NCBI GenBank assembly: GCA_039683575.1
Contig: JBDKRC010000168.1
Span: 1-18,903, forward strand
Direction: 5' to 3'
Source: Armatimonadia bacterium
GTDB lineage: Bacteria > Armatimonadota > Zipacnadia > Zipacnadales > UBA11051
DNA: 18,903 nucleotides
Under the pieces are notes generated by a model. That model saw nothing but the letters and a program-made list of their open reading frames with translations, ran no database searches and was not told where the DNA came from. A program made the position numbers and the translations under genes. The stretch's first letter is position 1. Each line of letters opens with the position of its first letter. Below are positions 15,691 to 18,903 of the stretch, one piece after another.

Positions 15691-18543
15691 ATGTCCACCA
15701 TCATCGCCCAATACTTCCTCAACCACCGTCTCGACCCTGACGAACTGCGCTGGCAAATGCGCGAGATCGCCGAGCAGGGCTACGATGGCGTCTACGCCCA
15801 CGCCCGCCCCGGCATGCTCACCCCGTACTTTTCCGCCGACTGGTGGCGCGCCTGTGACACCCTCGTGGAGTGCTGCGAGAGCCTCGGCCTGCAGTTCTGG
15901 ATCTGGGACGACGACTTCTTCCCCAGCGGCCTCTGCGGGGGCCGCGTCGTCTGGAGCGACCCCTCCCTCGCCGCCCGCGACCTCCGCTTCAAGATCGCCG
16001 AATTCGACGGCTCCGGCCCCTTCGAACTCGACCTCGAACCCGGCCTGCTCGTTCGCGCCTATGCCCTCACTCCTGGCGCTCAGGAGGCGACCGACCTCAC
16101 GCCCTTCACCGGCACTCGCCGCCAGAACTGGCCCTGGCGCAGCCTCCTGCATCGCGCCTACTCCCCCGGCATCAACCCCGTCGGCCCCCCTCACTGGCGC
16201 GATGCCCACAAGGACAACCAGTTCTGCATCGTCTGGACGCCCCCGCAGCCCGGCCGCTACACCCTCGTCGGCGTGACCACCGGCGTCTGCTCTGACACCC
16301 ATCCCGACCTGCTGCGCCCCGAGGGCATCGCCAGCTACCTGAAAATCAACCACGAGGAGTACGCCACCCGCTACGCCGACCGCTTTGGGCGCAGCATCGT
16401 CGGCTCTTTCACCGACGAGCCCAGCCCCGGCGCGCTGCTCTTCCCGTGGAGCCCCGGCTTCGACGCCGAGTTCCAGCGCGATCACGGCTACAGCCTCCTC
16501 GACCATCTCCCCCACCTCGCCCTCGACCTCGGCGACCGCAGCCCGCTCATCCGCCATCACTACCGCCAGACCCAGCACCGCCTTGTGAAGACCAACTACG
16601 TGGACCAGGTCGGCGACTGGCTACACTCACACAACCTCCAGCACGTCGGCCACCTCACCCGCACCGAATGGCTCTGCCTCACCGCCGTCTGGTGGCCGAA
16701 TGAGATCCGCTGCTACGATGCCATGGACATCCCCATGGCCGACCCCCTCGGCGCTGGCGTCGGCTACGTGGACGCTGCTGCCTACCACACCGGTCTCAAG
16801 GTCGTCTCCTCCGCCGCCCATCTCTTCGGCAAGGAGCAAGCCGGCGCCGACTGCTTCGCCGTCATCGGCGACGAAGCCAACCTGCGCGAGCTAAAGTACC
16901 TCGCCGACTACCACCTCGCCATGGGCATCAACCATTTTGCCCTCCACGGCCTCAGCTACAGCAACGACGGCCCGCGCAAGGACGAGGTCCCGCCCTCCCT
17001 TTCCTACCAGCACACCCAGTGGCAGCAGATGCACGTCTGGCTCGACGACCTCAAGCGCACCGCCGCCGCCCTCACCGGCGGCAAGCACCAGTGCCAGATC
17101 GCCATGCTCTACCCCTCCACCAGCCTCTACTGCCAGTCCCGCCCGGATACCGACTGGATGCAGCACCCAGACGAGCCGCTCATCCACAGCGTTTCCGAAA
17201 CTCTCCTGAGCCACCAGCGTGACTTCGACCTCATTGACGAACTGACCGTGCAGGAGCAAACGGACGCGGAAGGCCGCCTGAACACCCCTGAGCCCTACCA
17301 GACCATCATCCTCCCCTACCTCCGCTACCTCGACGCCAACACCGCCGCCGCCCTCGACCGCTTCCAGGGCCACGGCGGGCAAATCATCGCCCTCGGCCGC
17401 CGCCCGCAGCTACTGGGCGACCTCAACACGCCCCTGCGCGACTGGCAGACGCCCGCTCTCCATGCCGAACTCACCGCCGACCTCATCTCGACCCTCCCCG
17501 GCCCCGACGTCCAGGGCGACGGCGCCCGCGACGTCTTCGTCCTCAGCCGCGAGCGCGACGGCCAGCCTGTCTCGTTCCTCTTCAACCGCAGCACCCAATG
17601 GTTCCACGGCACTCTCGACGGCACTAACATCGCCCTCCCGCCGCGTCAGGGCCGCCTCCTCGACGACGCCCGCGAACTCGCCGCCGCACCAGCCAGCGGC
17701 ACCGCGCTCGACCTCTCCTCCGGTTGGGAAGTCACCTTCCAGCCCAACCACCTCCCGCTCAGCTTCTGGCATGTCCACACCAGCGAACCCAAGCTCAGCG
17801 TCGGTCCCACTGGCGGCCAGACCTATGACCTCATGCAGCGCCAGACCGACCCCGCCGGCCCCGGCGAAAACGAGATCATCTACTACTGCCGCTTCATGCT
17901 CAGCGGTGAAATCCCCGACGCCCGCCTGGTCAGCGAAGACAGCGCCATCGCCGGAAACTGGCGCCTCTACGTCAATGACGTGGAAATCACCGACTGGCGC
18001 CGCGCCCGTGTCTATGACTGCCTCAACCTCGAGGCCGACGTCGCGCACGCCCTCCGCACCGGCACCTCGCCCATGCTCAATCTCGTCAAAATCGTCACCA
18101 GCGGCCCCGGTCGCGGCCTGACCGAGCTTCCCTACCTGTACGGTTCCTTCACCGCCCAGTACCGCTACGCCCACCTGTCTTTCCCCTTCGTAGCCGGAGC
18201 CGATAGCACTCTCGCCCTGCCCAACCTGCAACCGTGGAACGCCCTCGGCTACCCCACCTTCTCGGGCACCGCCACCTACCGCCGCACTCTCGACGTTCCC
18301 GAAGCCGGGACCTACCTCCTCGACCTCGGCCGCGTGGAGGACACGGCTGTCGTCCGCGTCAACGGCACCGAAATCGCCGCCCTCGGCTGGGAGCCCTACC
18401 GCTGCCAGATCGCCCTGCCCACAGGCCAGAGCGTCCTCGAGGTCGCCGTATCCAACCCTCCCGCTAACCGCAATCGCGGCGCGAACATGCCCGCCGGCCT
18501 TCTCGGCCCCGTTACTCTCACCCGTCTCGGAGCATCCCAATGA
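15691..18543 (+). CDS. GH106-like (alpha-L-rhamnosidase-like) glycoside hydrolase, cytoplasmic, 950 aa
   Basis: N-terminal ELRWQM...G...HARPG...YFS..WW, WIWDDDFFPSG, FTDEP, GINHFALHG, C-terminal beta-sandwich FSGTATYR...LDLGRV...VNG. No signal peptide. GGAG SD at 15680-15683. Confidence 0.78.
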   Translation: MSTIIAQYFLNHRLDPDELRWQMREIAEQGYDGVYAHARPGMLTPYFSADWWRACDTLVECCESLGLQFWIWDDDFFPSGLCGGRVVWSDPSLAARDLRFKIAEFDGSGPFELDLEPGLLVRAYALTPGAQEATDLTPFTGTRRQNWPWRSLLHRAYSPGINPVGPPHWRDAHKDNQFCIVWTPPQPGRYTLVGVTTGVCSDTHPDLLRPEGIASYLKINHEEYATRYADRFGRSIVGSFTDEPSPGALLFPWSPGFDAEFQRDHGYSLLDHLPHLALDLGDRSPLIRHHYRQTQHRLVKTNYVDQVGDWLHSHNLQHVGHLTRTEWLCLTAVWWPNEIRCYDAMDIPMADPLGAGVGYVDAAAYHTGLKVVSSAAHLFGKEQAGADCFAVIGDEANLRELKYLADYHLAMGINHFALHGLSYSNDGPRKDEVPPSLSYQHTQWQQMHVWLDDLKRTAAALTGGKHQCQIAMLYPSTSLYCQSRPDTDWMQHPDEPLIHSVSETLLSHQRDFDLIDELTVQEQTDAEGRLNTPEPYQTIILPYLRYLDANTAAALDRFQGHGGQIIALGRRPQLLGDLNTPLRDWQTPALHAELTADLISTLPGPDVQGDGARDVFVLSRERDGQPVSFLFNRSTQWFHGTLDGTNIALPPRQGRLLDDARELAAAPASGTALDLSSGWEVTFQPNHLPLSFWHVHTSEPKLSVGPTGGQTYDLMQRQTDPAGPGENEIIYYCRFMLSGEIPDARLVSEDSAIAGNWRLYVNDVEITDWRRARVYDCLNLEADVAHALRTGTSPMLNLVKIVTSGPGRGLTELPYLYGSFTAQYRYAHLSFPFVAGADSTLALPNLQPWNALGYPTFSGTATYRRTLDVPEAGTYLLDLGRVEDTAVVRVNGTEIAALGWEPYRCQIALPTGQSVLEVAVSNPPANRNRGANMPAGLLGPVTLTRLGASQ

Positions 18544-18903
18544 GCCTCACGGTCACCGACCGCCTGCAAACCACGCTCTGCGTCATCGGCGGCGGCATGT
18601 CCGGCTACTGCGCCGCGCTAACCGCCGCCCGCCACGGTTGCCCAACAGTGCTCATCCACAACCGCCCCGTCTTCGGCGGCTGTGGCAGCACCGAGATGCG
18701 CATTCCCTTCTCCGGCGCGGGCAGCCACAACCCCGCCGCCAACGAAACCGGCCTCATCCTCGAACTGCTCACCGAGGAGCGCGCGCAGTCACCCTACCGC
18801 GGCGGCGACGGCATGGTCGGGGCCCACTGGGACCTGATCCTCTACGACCGCGTCCGCCGTGAGACCAACCTCACCGCCCTCCTCAACACCCACGTCTACG
18901 AGG
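18540..18903 (+). CDS. FAD-dependent oxidoreductase (PF12831-like), partial, runs off the window
   Basis: Translated by hand: MSLTVTDRLQTTLCVIGGGMSGYCAALTAARHG...RPVFGGCGSTEMR...ETGLILEL. ATGA overlap with the upstream stop. Absent from the ORF track because it has no stop in the window. Confidence 0.9.
   Translation, partial: MSLTVTDRLQTTLCVIGGGMSGYCAALTAARHGCPTVLIHNRPVFGGCGSTEMRIPFSGAGSHNPAANETGLILELLTEERAQSPYRGGDGMVGAHWDLILYDRVRRETNLTALLNTHVYE

Noticed and set aside
12871-18540. Long antisense ORFs (e.g. 12871-14076, 15673-16578, 17410-18540; likewise 2403-3251 and 5342-6340)
   Set aside because: Shadow ORFs expected in high-GC coding DNA, with no recognisable motifs and fully overlapping well-supported genes.

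Overview
High-GC bacterial window. The DUF6785-type membrane protein and glycoside hydrolase content suggest Armatimonadota or a PVC-type organism, but this is inference. Left end: the 5' end of an IS4-family (IS231-like) element sits at the foot of a REP hairpin, followed by a two-unit palindromic repeat cluster and a solo 150-aa IS200-like HUH/Y1 transposase with no TnpB. Five tandem ~94-bp copies of the same repeat recur 15 kb away (15167-15643), inside a carbohydrate gene cluster. Together these look like a domesticated REP-associated transposase system with ATAG-footed, three-hairpin repeats. Other genes: Gfo/Idh/MocA oxidoreductase (-); miaB with a probable leaderless promoter; a DUF1638 + hydantoinase-A/oxoprolinase-like fusion; an XRE-cupin/thioesterase/acyl-CoA synthetase cassette; a PIN-PhoH protein (-); and a DUF6785-like membrane protein, secreted GH74-like beta-propeller, GH106-like hydrolase and FAD oxidoreductase cluster. 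A second class of GTAG-type REP hairpins occurs between genes and in frame inside miaB and the fusion-protein linker. All family assignments come from motif recognition by eye, not from database searches.
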